The notes under the pieces were generated by a model. It was not told the origin of the DNA. It ran no database searches and saw only the letters and a program-made list of their open reading frames with translations. From Myxococcales bacterium (GTDB lineage: Bacteria; Myxococcota_A; Polyangia; Polyangiales; DASUME01), in NCBI GenBank assembly GCA_047601445.1, contig JASGJH010000001.1:1920001-1984000 (forward strand): 64,000 nt of DNA, read 5' to 3'. The position numbers and the translations under genes are program-made. Of this stretch, positions 19,768-29,285 are shown piece after piece (position 1 is the stretch's first letter; each line of letters starts with the position of its first letter).

Positions 19768-21225
19768 ATGAAGTGGGCGCTATCGATCGCGGTTCTCGCG
19801 GGCAGTTTGTTGTCATCCTCCGTCACTCGGGCCGAGCCCGAGCTCACGAGCGCCGCCTTGCGCGAGCTCATCCCTTACGACCTCGACGGCGAGCGCACCA
19901 CGCAAGCTCTCTCCGTGTTGCGCGCCGAAGGCCGCACCGTCGCCAGCAGCAAGCGACGCGAAGAGTTGGCCTTCATGCGCGCCGTGGCGCTGAGCGACCT
20001 CTGGGTCATCGCGCGCGCCACCGGACGCGAAGGACTCGAGAAGCGCGTGGCCACGAGCCTCGGTGTGGAACCCGCGGCCGTGGCCCAGACGCTCGACGCC
20101 GAGCTCGCCACGGTCGACAGCAAAGTCGTGAGCGACGTGGTGGCGGACGCGCGCCAGGCGGTCCGCATGGCCCAGGGCACGCCCACCAACACGAGCGCCG
20201 GCTTCGGCGTGCGCAGCCAGGCACTCTTCCTGTCGCGCGTGACCGGCGCCCTCGGCAACAGCACCGACGGCCGTGAGAACGTCACGCGCCTGTCCAAGCT
20301 GGCCGACGATCCCTGCCCCCAGCTCAACGACAGCTGCGCGCCGCTCTACCGCACCTTCGAGCGCACGGGCCGACAGGCCATCCACGCCCTCGTCCTGGCC
20401 TCGAGCGCCCGCAAGGCGCTGGAGAGTGGCGCCCAGGATCCTTTCGTGGTGGCCATGGAAGGCACCATCGAGAGCCAAGGTCGGGCCCTGAGTAGCGTCA
20501 TGCTGCAGCCGAACGTTCGCCTGCCCCAGGCCCAGAGCCGCGTGCACGCGTCGCCAGCCGGTGCCGATGAGGCCCCCGACCTGCTGGTGCTGGTGGCCGA
20601 AGATCGCGTCGAGTACGCCTTCCTGCCGCGTGTACGCGTGGACGACAACGGCCAGGTGGTGCTGGACCAGAGCGCGCAGCCCGCGTTCCCGGCCTTGGCC
20701 CAGGTCAAGCTCGAGGGCACCTTCGCCCCCTTCGTGCGCCCCATCGAAGGCGTGGTCACGGCCCTGCGCAGCCTGCGCGAGAAGTTCCCCAGCGCCCGCG
20801 TGGCGGTCGGAGGAGCCCCCGAAATCAAGGGTCACATGATCGCCCGCACGCTCCTCTCGGCGCAGTCTGCCGGGTTCTCGGAGCTGTCGCTGCTGGGCGC
20901 CAACCCCGAAGGCGAGCTCCGCAGCGTCGGGCTCGAGCTGGTGGGCGCGCTACACGCCAGTGAAGTGGGTCCCCGCGAGGTGTCGGTGGTGGTGCGCCTC
21001 GGTGGCTTCAGCGTGAAGCGCGCCGGCCCCACGGTGACCATCCCCCGGCTCAAGCAGGAAAATGGCTTCGTGTTTGATTTCGAGTCGCTGCTGACTCAGG
21101 CCCGACCCGCACAGGCCAAGAGCGCCAAGCTCACCTTCATGTCGGACGTCGCCGCGGCCACGCTGACCGAAGCCGCCTTTTTGATGGCCCCGGCCCACCA
21201 GACGCTCACGGTCGTCCTGCCCTGA
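19768..21225 (+). CDS. Secreted hypothetical protein, possible ExbD-like C-terminal domains
   Basis: Signal peptide MKWALSIAVLAGSLLSSSVTRA; GC-biased coding frame; VAVGG...IARTLLSAQSAGFSELSL resembles the ExbD/TolR periplasmic pattern. Confidence 0.7.
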   Translation: MKWALSIAVLAGSLLSSSVTRAEPELTSAALRELIPYDLDGERTTQALSVLRAEGRTVASSKRREELAFMRAVALSDLWVIARATGREGLEKRVATSLGVEPAAVAQTLDAELATVDSKVVSDVVADARQAVRMAQGTPTNTSAGFGVRSQALFLSRVTGALGNSTDGRENVTRLSKLADDPCPQLNDSCAPLYRTFERTGRQAIHALVLASSARKALESGAQDPFVVAMEGTIESQGRALSSVMLQPNVRLPQAQSRVHASPAGADEAPDLLVLVAEDRVEYAFLPRVRVDDNGQVVLDQSAQPAFPALAQVKLEGTFAPFVRPIEGVVTALRSLREKFPSARVAVGGAPEIKGHMIARTLLSAQSAGFSELSLLGANPEGELRSVGLELVGALHASEVGPREVSVVVRLGGFSVKRAGPTVTIPRLKQENGFVFDFESLLTQARPAQAKSAKLTFMSDVAAATLTEAAFLMAPAHQTLTVVLP

Positions 21226-21340
21226 GCCAGCCTGTTCTGCAGCTCCGCACACCCTGCCCGACCGAGTCGAGTTGACGGGCAGCCACCCCGCTTGTTACGC
21301 AACGCGGATGGTTGCGGCAGCCGGACGGGAAGGAAGTGCC

Positions 21341-22480
21341 ATGCGGAAACTCGGTTGGATCGTACTTTTGGCGTTGGCGGCTGGTTGCGGCGGCGACGAC
21401 CACAAGGCGAAGCGCCCCGACGGCGGTTCCGCGGACGGTGGCGGCGACGGCGATGGGCCCGGCTGTGGCATCGAAATCCCCGTGTACCCTGGCTACACCG
21501 ATCCACTGGTGTGGAGCGAAGCCAACCTGGCCGCCTGCAACGCGGCATGTCCCGGCCTGCAGTCCACCGACTGCATCCAGGCCAACTGCCCCGGCGCGGC
21601 CGACTTCTTCACGTGCCTCGACGAAGAGCTCTACGCCTGTCAGACGAGCCCCGGTCACGACTGCTATCGCGAGTATGGCGAGTGGAACTGCTGCGCCTTC
21701 GAGAACTGCGGCGACCAGCAAGGGGATTCCCAGGTGCGCGCGTGCCTGCAGCAGAACTGCAGCACCGAGAACAACACGGTGGAGGAGTGCTACACGGCCG
21801 ATCAAACGAGCCCCGGCTTCGTCGCTTGCCGTGATGCTGCCTACGACAACTGTCTGGGCACCGACTCGGGCGGCACCTGTACTCCCGCCGACGCCGATCC
21901 CATCTCCGGCTACGAGGACGCGCGCCCGTGGACCAAGACCTATAGTTCAGACGACTACGACGCCTGCATCGCGATGTGTAAGGGCCAGCCGAACCAGGCC
22001 GTGTGCATGAACTCCAAGTGCCCCGGCGCCCCCGAGTATCGCGAGTGCATCGTTGAAGAGACCGCTGCGTGCACGACGCAAGCCGGCGGCGAGTGCCGCG
22101 GCGCCTGGGAGACCGTGTTCTGCTGCGCCCGTACCAAGTGCGGCGGGGCCACCACCTCGAGCCAGCTCGACGCCTGCCTGCAGTCCGCCTGCAAGACCGA
22201 GTACGACGCCTTCAACACCTGCGACACGGGCTCCCGCGAGGGTCCCTGCAAGGCCCCAGCCGAAGCCGCCTGCGTCGTGCAGCCGGCCACCGATGGTGGT
22301 GTCCCGGACGGCGGTCCCTCCGCGAAGGCGCGGGTCTCGTCGGAAGGCGTCAACGCTACCCTGCTCCGCAGCCTGCGTAGCCGCAGTGACCTCCGCGGCG
22401 CGGGTCTGCGAAGCCTCCCCAAGTCGTTCTTCGAGCTGATGGCGCCGCGCAAGGCGCCCCTCGAGTCAAGCAGCCGCTGA
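21341..22480 (+). CDS. Cys-rich lipoprotein with two tandem 16-Cys modules
   Basis: MRKLGWIVLLALAAGC lipobox; internal duplication with conserved Cys spacing. Confidence 0.8.
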   Translation: MRKLGWIVLLALAAGCGGDDHKAKRPDGGSADGGGDGDGPGCGIEIPVYPGYTDPLVWSEANLAACNAACPGLQSTDCIQANCPGAADFFTCLDEELYACQTSPGHDCYREYGEWNCCAFENCGDQQGDSQVRACLQQNCSTENNTVEECYTADQTSPGFVACRDAAYDNCLGTDSGGTCTPADADPISGYEDARPWTKTYSSDDYDACIAMCKGQPNQAVCMNSKCPGAPEYRECIVEETAACTTQAGGECRGAWETVFCCARTKCGGATTSSQLDACLQSACKTEYDAFNTCDTGSREGPCKAPAEAACVVQPATDGGVPDGGPSAKARVSSEGVNATLLRSLRSRSDLRGAGLRSLPKSFFELMAPRKAPLESSSR

Positions 22481-22492
22481 ATCGACCGCGCG

Positions 22493-23170
22493 ATGGCATC
22501 CGTACAACGCACTCTGTTCGTGGGCGACGTGCATGGCTGTCTCGATGAGCTCAAGCAGTTGCTCAAGAAGCTCGCTGCGAGCACGGCGGACCGGGTGATT
22601 TTCGTGGGCGACCTGGTGGCCAAGGGACCGGATTCGCAGGGGGTCGTCGCCATGGTGCGCGAGCTCGGGGCGAGCTCCGTGCTGGGCAACCACGACGATG
22701 CCGTGCTGCGCTATCGGCGCGCCCAACAGAGTGGAGAAGAAGCCCGCATCAAGCCAGGCCACCTGGCCGTGGCGCGCTCGCTCCAAGAAGCCGACTGGCT
22801 CTGGCTCGAGCACCTTCCACTCTATCTGCGGGTACCCGAGCACGAGGTGGCCGTGGTGCACGCCGGCGTCGTGCCGGGCAAAGCACTCGAGGCCCAGGCC
22901 CGCGACGACCTGCTGGCCATGCGCACCCTGCGCAGCGACGGATCCGCCTCGCCGCGCCTGGAGGACGGCGATCTGTGGGCCGCCCACTACAAAGGGCCCG
23001 AGCACGTCGTGTTCGGGCATAACGCCATCAGTGGCCTGCAGCGCACCAGCTACGCGAGCGGCCTCGACACGGGCTGCGTCTACGGACGCGCCCTCACCGC
23101 GCTGGTGCTGCCCGAAAACACCCTGGTGAGTGTGGCAGCCCGGCGCGCCTACAAGGAAATCGGTCCTTGA
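22493..23170 (+). CDS. Metallophosphoesterase (PPP/ApaH-like)
   Basis: GDVHG, GDLVAKG, GNHD, VHAG, FGH, LDTGC. Confidence 0.92.
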   Translation: MASVQRTLFVGDVHGCLDELKQLLKKLAASTADRVIFVGDLVAKGPDSQGVVAMVRELGASSVLGNHDDAVLRYRRAQQSGEEARIKPGHLAVARSLQEADWLWLEHLPLYLRVPEHEVAVVHAGVVPGKALEAQARDDLLAMRTLRSDGSASPRLEDGDLWAAHYKGPEHVVFGHNAISGLQRTSYASGLDTGCVYGRALTALVLPENTLVSVAARRAYKEIGP

Positions 23171-23544
23171 GCGACGACGTCCATCCTCGCATCCGCGTGC
23201 GCGCTTGCACGCGCGCCGAACTCTCGCCAGGCATGGTGATCCCCGTGGCCCTCACTCGGGGCGCCAATCGACGCCCGCGCGAAGCCCTGGTGCTGCTCGG
23301 CAGCGACGGCGAACCACGCGCCTACCTCAACGAGTGCCGCCATCTGCCCATCCCCATCGACCTGGGTTCGCGTCGCTACCTCACGCAGGACAAGCGCCAT
23401 CTTCTGTGCGGCACTCACGGCGCCCTGTACCGCCTCGACGACGGCGTGTGCGTCACGGGGCCCTGCCTGAGCCTGGCCCTGGACGCCCTCAAGCTCATCG
23501 AAGAAGACGGCGTGCTCTACATCGACGACACGGTCATCGGCTGA
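23167..23544 (+). CDS. Rieske [2Fe-2S] ferredoxin
   Basis: NECRH...CGTHGALY...GVCVTGPC; TTGA overlap with the upstream gene. Confidence 0.88.
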   Translation: MSDDVHPRIRVRACTRAELSPGMVIPVALTRGANRRPREALVLLGSDGEPRAYLNECRHLPIPIDLGSRRYLTQDKRHLLCGTHGALYRLDDGVCVTGPCLSLALDALKLIEEDGVLYIDDTVIG

Positions 23545-24406
23545 GCTGCCCCTCCAGGCTGCTCCCGTGTGCGCCGAGCGCGGCAGGCGTGGAGAGCTTC
23601 CCGAGCTTGGCCCAGGGCTTGTCTTCGCTGTGCTTGAGCGGAGAGGAGCGCTGCGTGAGCACCTCGGCGCCGTTTTGGGTCACCACGATGGTGTGCTCGA
23701 ACTGCGCGGAGAGGCTGCGGTCGGCGGTGAGCACGGTCCACTTGTCGGCCTGCACCTCGCACTCGAAGCGACCCAGGTTGATCATCGGCTCGATGGTGAA
23801 AACCATGCCCGCCTTGATGCGCTTACCCGCCCCGCGCGTGCCGTAGTGAGCGACCTGCGGTGCGGTGTGGAACACGCGGCCGATGCCGTGGCCCACGTAA
23901 TCACGCACCACCGAGCAGCCCTGACTCTCGGCGTATTCCTGGATGGCCGCTCCGATGTCGCCAAGCCGCGCGTTGTCCTTCACCTCGGCGATGCCGAGCT
24001 CGAGGCAGTGGCGCGCGACCTCCACCACCTTCTTGGCCTCAGGACTCGGTTCCCCCACGTAAAAGGTGGCGCTGGTGTCCCCATGGAAGCCGTCTTTGGC
24101 CGGGAAATAGGAGGTGACGTCGACGTTGATGATGTCGCCGTCCTTGAGCACCTGAGCCCCCGGGATGCCGTGGCACACCACCTCGTTGACGCTGGTGCAA
24201 ACGCTCTTGGGGAAGCCGTGATAGTTGAGCGGCGACGGGATGGCGTTGTGGGCGAGCGTGTAGTCGTGCACCAGCTTGTTGATGTCATCGGTGGTTATGC
24301 CGGCCTTGAGGTGTTCACCCACCATCACCAGCGTGTCCGCGGCGAGCTTGCAGGCCGCACGCATGCGCTCGAGGTCCCTGGAACTCATAATCTCAATGCG
24401 GCTCAC
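23534..24406 (-). CDS. map: Methionine aminopeptidase type I
   Basis: CTSVNEVVCHGIP, DIINVDVT, GDTS, GHGIG, FTIEPMIN, SAQFEHT. Confidence 0.97.
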   Translation of the reverse strand: MSRIEIMSSRDLERMRAACKLAADTLVMVGEHLKAGITTDDINKLVHDYTLAHNAIPSPLNYHGFPKSVCTSVNEVVCHGIPGAQVLKDGDIINVDVTSYFPAKDGFHGDTSATFYVGEPSPEAKKVVEVARHCLELGIAEVKDNARLGDIGAAIQEYAESQGCSVVRDYVGHGIGRVFHTAPQVAHYGTRGAGKRIKAGMVFTIEPMINLGRFECEVQADKWTVLTADRSLSAQFEHTIVVTQNGAEVLTQRSSPLKHSEDKPWAKLGKLSTPAALGAHGSSLEGQLSR

Positions 24407-24478
24407 GTCCCGATTCCTTTTCCCTAGATCGAAAGCCCACGGTGTGCGCCGGGGCGATTCACGAACGTAGCACGCATG

Positions 24479-24517
24479 GAAAAAGAAAAGCCCGAGCGAG
24501 GGGCATCTCGCTCGGGC
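24479..24517 (-). terminator. Rho-independent terminator
   Basis: Minus strand GCCCGAGCGAG-atgccc-CTCGCTCGGGC followed by TTTTCTTTTT; perfect 11-bp stem ~40 nt after the small ORF stop. Confidence 0.85.
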
Positions 24518-24559
24518 GTAGCGCCCCGGGAGGCGGGGCGCGAAAAGCCATGGCTGAAA

Positions 24560-24730
24560 TCAGCGGCCGAAGTCGAGTTCCTCGACGTCGCGCTCCTCGA
24601 ACTGCGCACCTTCCATGCGCATATCCGCGTCCTTCCAAAGATCGTCGATGGACCAACCAAGCTTCTGGTCCGGGCGAATTTCCTCGCGCTCGAACTCTGC
24701 AAAGCTCCCGTAGTTTCTGGGTGCAGACAT
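24560..24730 (-). CDS. Small acidic protein (56 aa)
   Basis: MSAPRNYGSFAEFEREEIRPDQKLGWSIDDLWKDADMRMEGAQFEERDVEELDFGR; AGGAGG/GGAG upstream of ATG and its own terminator. Confidence 0.75.
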   Translation of the reverse strand: MSAPRNYGSFAEFEREEIRPDQKLGWSIDDLWKDADMRMEGAQFEERDVEELDFGR

Positions 24731-24930
24731 CTCCGACTCGCCTCCTGATTCCACTCTTGTGACCGTTGGTTTCAGCCCCCCGAACCCCCACAGCGTCCGG
24801 TCACCGAAACCACGTTGTCCTACATCGACGCAGACGCTACCACCCATGTCTCCGCGCACCAAAAAAGCGCGCGATTGGCACCTCCAGGTCCGGTATGCGA
24901 AGGTCGGGCCCACACCAGGGAGCAGCCCCC

Positions 24931-25701
24931 ATGGGCAGCGTCGTAGCGATCACGAACCAGAAGGGCGGCGTCGGAAAAACGACGACTGCCGTGAATTTGG
25001 CCGCCTGTCTGGCGGTTGCCGAACAGCGTGTGCTGCTGATCGACATCGATCCCCAGGGCAATGCCACGAGCGGTGTCGGCCACGCGCCTCGCGCCCAACA
25101 ACTGGGGACCTACGACGTGATGGTGGGCCGCGCGGGCATCCGTGATGCTGCCCGGGCCACCGACCTACCCTGCCTCAAAATCGTGCCCTCCAGCGCCGAC
25201 TTGGCCGCCGTCGAGATTGAGTTCGTGGACCTGGACGACCGCGCCACACGCCTCAAGAGCGCGATCGAGGCCGTGCAGGACGACTACGACTTCATCCTCA
25301 TCGATTGCCCGCCCTCGCTCGGTTTGCTCACGCTCAACGCGCTCACCGCCGCCAGCAGCGTGCTCGTGCCCATGCAGTGCGAGTACTACGCGCTCGAGGG
25401 GATCAGCCACCTGATGAGCACCATCGAGCGCATCAGGGCCTCGCTCAACCCACACCTCTACGTGCACGGCGTGCTGCTCACCATGTACGATCCACGCTCC
25501 AACCTGGCCAACCAGGTGGCGGAGGAGCTGCGCGAGCACTTCCACGTCTACGAGACGGTGATCCCGCGCAACGTTCGGCTTGCCGAGGCCCCGTCCCACG
25601 GCAAACCCATCATCCTCTACGACGCGGGCTCCAAGGGTTCCCAGGGTTATTTGAGCCTGGCCCGTGAAATTCTCGATCGCTTGCCGGTCGCAGCTGCGTA
25701 G
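24931..25701 (+). CDS. parA: Chromosome partitioning ATPase ParA/Soj
   Basis: NQKGGVGKTTT, DIDPQGNAT, IDCPPSLG, QCEYYALEG, IPRNVRLAEAPSHG. Confidence 0.97.
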   Translation: MGSVVAITNQKGGVGKTTTAVNLAACLAVAEQRVLLIDIDPQGNATSGVGHAPRAQQLGTYDVMVGRAGIRDAARATDLPCLKIVPSSADLAAVEIEFVDLDDRATRLKSAIEAVQDDYDFILIDCPPSLGLLTLNALTAASSVLVPMQCEYYALEGISHLMSTIERIRASLNPHLYVHGVLLTMYDPRSNLANQVAEELREHFHVYETVIPRNVRLAEAPSHGKPIILYDAGSKGSQGYLSLAREILDRLPVAAA

Positions 25702-25863
25702 TGCGCCACACCGGAGATATCGTCAATCCTCGCGGCCGATGCGGGAGCATCCACGGCGTTGCCGCTCCTCGAAATATCGCCCAATATTCCTCGTCGCGGC
25801 GCCTTGCGGCTGCACCCACCTCGACCGCGATCCCTTGACGATATCTCGGGTGCGGCGCACTAG
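25699..25863. mobile_element. Palindromic MITE/REPIN-like element
   Basis: 28-bp terminal inverted repeats (25699-25726 and 25835-25862, 2 mismatches), self-complementary interior, TAG at both ends, no transposase. Confidence 0.7.
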
Positions 25864-25916
25864 GACTTTGCACGCGGGCCCACGCGCCCGCTTCGATACA
25901 GCGCGAGAATCACGCC

Positions 25917-26795
25917 ATGCAGGACAACTCGAAACGCCGCGCCCTGGGTCGAGGACTCGACTCGCTCCTTCCGGGTGGCGCCCCGGCCCCCGCTCCAGCA
26001 CCGGCCGCACCGCGCGAGATCACGAGTGCCCGTATCGAGGAGCTGCACCCGACCGCGGGCCAGCCGCGCCATATTTTCGATGACGAGCGGCTCGAAGAGC
26101 TCGCGCAGTCCATCCGTGAGCTCGGGGTGCTCGAGCCCATCCTGGTGCGCAAGCGCGGCACCGGTGGCTTTCACATCATCGCGGGTGAGCGTCGCTGGCG
26201 CGCGGCCCAGCGCGCGGGGCTGCACGAGGTGCCCGTGGTGGTACGCGAGTTCTCCGACGCCGAGGCCTTCGAGGCCGCGTTGGTGGAGAACCTGCAGCGC
26301 GCGGACCTCAACCCGATTGAAACAGCGCGCGCCTTTCAGCGCTTGATCGAAGAGCACCAGCACACCCAGGAGAGCGTGGCCCAGCGGGTGGGCAAGGACC
26401 GCTCCACGGTGGCCAACGCACTGCGCCTGTTGCGACTGCCCGATGCGGTGCTCGAGATGATGGAGTCAGGCCAGCTCAGCGAGGGCCATGGCCGAGCGCT
26501 GCTGGTGGCCAATGAGCCCAACGCGATGCTCAAGCTGGCCAAGTCGGCTGTCGAGAAGGGCTGGAGCGTACGCGAGACCGAGCGCGCCGCGCGCTTCGTG
26601 GGCCAGGCTGCCAAGGCCAAAGAAGGCGAAGAAAACAAGGCCAAGAGCGCCAACGTGCGCGACCTTGAGACGCGCCTGTCGCGCTCGCTCGGGTCGAAGG
26701 TGCAAGTGGCCGATCGACATGGCAAGGGCAGCATTCAGATTCACTTCACGAGCTACGACGAACTCGATCGGTTGCTCGAGAAATTCTTCGGTTGA
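25917..26795 (+). CDS. parB: Chromosome partitioning protein ParB
   Basis: ALGRGLDSLL, QPR, IIAGERRWRAA, ENLQRADLNPIE, GKDRSTVANALRLL. Confidence 0.97.
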   Translation: MQDNSKRRALGRGLDSLLPGGAPAPAPAPAAPREITSARIEELHPTAGQPRHIFDDERLEELAQSIRELGVLEPILVRKRGTGGFHIIAGERRWRAAQRAGLHEVPVVVREFSDAEAFEAALVENLQRADLNPIETARAFQRLIEEHQHTQESVAQRVGKDRSTVANALRLLRLPDAVLEMMESGQLSEGHGRALLVANEPNAMLKLAKSAVEKGWSVRETERAARFVGQAAKAKEGEENKAKSANVRDLETRLSRSLGSKVQVADRHGKGSIQIHFTSYDELDRLLEKFFG

Positions 26796-26813
26796 TCTCA
26801 CGAGGCGAGGGCC

Positions 26814-27668
26814 ATGTCAGCGCAGATTATCGATGGCAAGTTGGTCGCGGAGCGCGTGCGCGAAGAGGTCAAGGCACGGGTCTCGGCGTTCGAGCAGAAG
26901 ACTGGGCGCAAGCCTGGGCTCGAAGTGGTGATCGTGGGCGATGACCCCGCGTCCCACGTGTACGTGAACAGCAAAGAGAAGACGAGCGGCCTGGTGGGCA
27001 TGCGCGGGCTCGTGCATCGCCTCCCTGCCGACGTCTCCCAGAGCGAGCTGATGGCCAAGGTGGCCTCGCTGAACGCCGATCCCGCGGTGGACGGCATCCT
27101 GGTGCAGCTGCCACTCCCCAAGGGCTTCGACAGCGAAGCCGTGGTGCACAGCATCGACCCCAGCAAAGATGTGGACGGCCTGCATCCCGTGAACGCGGGC
27201 CTGTTGGCATCTGGCGGCCAGGGCCTGCGCCCGTGCACGCCGAGCGGCTGCATGCGGCTGTTGGCAGAGACCGGTGTGGAACTCGCGGGCAAGCGCGCCA
27301 TCGTGATCGGGCGCTCGAACTTGGTGGGCAAACCCATCGCGTTCATGCTGCTCGAGAAGAACTGCACGGTGACGCTGGCTCACTCGAGGACCAAGGACCT
27401 CGACCAGCGGGTGGCCGAGAGCGACATCGTGATCGCGGCCGTGGGCGTGCCCGAGCTCGTGAAGGGCAGCTGGCTCAAACCCGGCGCCGTGGTGATCGAC
27501 GTGGGCATGAATCGCCTGGCCGACAAGCGCTTGGTGGGCGACGTGGAGTTCGCGAGCGCCAAGGAGCGCGCCTCGTGGATCACGCCCGTGCCCGGCGGCG
27601 TGGGTCCGATGACCATCGCCATGTTGATGAGCAACACGGTGGCCTCCGCGGAACGACGCGGGCGCTGA
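26814..27668 (+). CDS. folD: Methylene-THF dehydrogenase/cyclohydrolase
   Basis: [44 protein letters not shown]. Confidence 0.98.
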   Translation: MSAQIIDGKLVAERVREEVKARVSAFEQKTGRKPGLEVVIVGDDPASHVYVNSKEKTSGLVGMRGLVHRLPADVSQSELMAKVASLNADPAVDGILVQLPLPKGFDSEAVVHSIDPSKDVDGLHPVNAGLLASGGQGLRPCTPSGCMRLLAETGVELAGKRAIVIGRSNLVGKPIAFMLLEKNCTVTLAHSRTKDLDQRVAESDIVIAAVGVPELVKGSWLKPGAVVIDVGMNRLADKRLVGDVEFASAKERASWITPVPGGVGPMTIAMLMSNTVASAERRGR

Positions 27669-27713
27669 CGCTCCCCAGGACGCCGCGCCCCTTAGAGTGC
27701 GGGCGCCGAGCGC

Positions 27714-28631
27714 CTAGGCCTCGCTCGGGCGCAACGACCAGCGGCGCCACAGGGCGACCACGCCCAGCGTGATGACGATGCTGATCCACTGCGACGTGCT
27801 GAGGCCTACGTAGAGCCCGCGGTCGTCTGCGCGCAGGAACTCGAGCGCGAAGCGCAGCGCCGCGTACAGCACGAGGAACATGAGCGCGACCTGACCGTCG
27901 AAGCGCTTGTGGCGTGGCCCCCAGATGCTCAGGAACACCGAGATGGAGAGGCACCCAACCGCCTCGTAGAGCTGCGTGGCGTGCACGGGCAGCGAGGCCA
28001 GACTCGGTTGTGCCAGCACCCCTTCGCGAAACTGGCCCTCACTTGCCGGCGACCAGGGCGGAAAGCTCACGCCCCAGGGATGCTCGGTGACCAGGCCGTA
28101 GCAGCAGCCCCCGAGAAAGCAGCCGATGCGCCCGAAGAAGAGGCCCATGGCCACGCCCATGGAGGTCACGTCGGTGAGCTTGAGCAGCGGCAAGCCGTCG
28201 CGCTTCGCCACGCTGATGGCGGCCCAGGTGCCCACCACCAGGCCGCCGTAGTACGCGAGCCCACCGTTGTAGAACTTGGCCCACGCCAGGCAGTCGCGCG
28301 CCGCCGGCCGACACACGCTTTGAGCGGCGTCCCACAGGCCTTCTGCGGACTCGCATTGGCCCTTGGTGATATGCCAGGCGACCTTGGCGGGATCGGTGCA
28401 CAGGTGCACGTAGTCCCAGAAATAGCCGTCGGCCAGCACGTGCAACAGACGCCCGCCGATCACGCCGCCGATGATGGAGGCCAGGCCCGCGTCGATCACC
28501 GACTGGTGGTCTCGCCCGGTGCGCTTGGCCCAGCGCACCACGTTGTAGATGGCCACCGCGTACCCCAGCATGAGCATGCTGAAGTAGGCGGGGATGGGCT
28601 CCCCGAAGATTTCGCCGAACGTGGGCCGCAC
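27714..28631 (-). CDS. lgt: Prolipoprotein diacylglyceryl transferase
   Basis: IGGRL, GGLAYYGG, GRIGCFLGGCCYG, HATQLYE, RFALEFLR; adjacent to lspA. Confidence 0.93.
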   Translation of the reverse strand: MRPTFGEIFGEPIPAYFSMLMLGYAVAIYNVVRWAKRTGRDHQSVIDAGLASIIGGVIGGRLLHVLADGYFWDYVHLCTDPAKVAWHITKGQCESAEGLWDAAQSVCRPAARDCLAWAKFYNGGLAYYGGLVVGTWAAISVAKRDGLPLLKLTDVTSMGVAMGLFFGRIGCFLGGCCYGLVTEHPWGVSFPPWSPASEGQFREGVLAQPSLASLPVHATQLYEAVGCLSISVFLSIWGPRHKRFDGQVALMFLVLYAALRFALEFLRADDRGLYVGLSTSQWISIVITLGVVALWRRWSLRPSEA

Positions 28632-28640
28632 GGCCTGAGT

Positions 28641-29238
28641 TTAGCTGCGATCGGCCGAAGAACTAGACTCGCCGCTGATCACGTCGCTGCGCGGCGCGGG
28701 CTTCTTGAGGCCGTCGAGCAGCAGGAACCCCACGCCGACCGCGATGGCGATGTCGGCCACGTTGAAGGTGGGATACTCCCAGTTGTTCCGGATGTGGAAG
28801 CGGATGAAGTCCACGACGAAGCCGTGTCTCACGCGGTCGGTGAGGTTGCCGATGGCGCCCGACAGCACCAGGGGCACGCTCCAGCCGAACATGTTTCCAC
28901 CGGCGCCCCGCATGAACATCAGCGTGAGCACGATGCATGCGCCGATGCCCGCGACGCCGAAGACGGCCGCGCGCACCCAGCTCGGTGCCGTGCGCATCAT
29001 ACCGAAGGCTGCACCGCAGTTCTCCGCGTAGCGAAACTCTAGGTAGTTGTCGATCAAGGTGACCGTGCGCTCGGGCAGGCGCTGCATGCGCACGTAGCCC
29101 TGCTCGTCGGGCTGGCAGACGGGCGGCGGCTGGCCGGCGCGTGCGCGCGACAGCGTGTTGAGCGCCCACTCCTTGGAGGCGAGAATCCGCGAACGTGTAG
29201 AGCAGGAGGCTCACCAGCATGATGGTGAGCGCGCGCAT
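28641..29238 (-). pseudogene. lspA: Lipoprotein signal peptidase II with a 1-nt frameshift near 29184-29185 (possibly a sequencing error)
   Basis: C-terminal frame has ENCGAAFG, GAIGNLTDR, VVDFI, FNVAD. Removing one base joins MRALTIMLVSLLLYTFAD to LASKEWALNTLSR..., restoring the D-x-x-S-K-x-W motif. Confidence 0.88.
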
Positions 29239-29285
29239 GCTGCGAGGCGTGAGGGGATGGGAGGAGCTCGAGTTGCTCACAGCTC

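Noticed and set aside
24731..26813. parS sites near parAB
   Set aside because: I saw no match to the GTTTCACGTGAAAC-type palindrome; the intergenic palindrome is unrelated.
29178..29192. Programmed frameshifting or phase variation as the cause of the lspA and pilin breaks
   Set aside because: No slippery heptamer, homopolymer or tandem repeat at either site.
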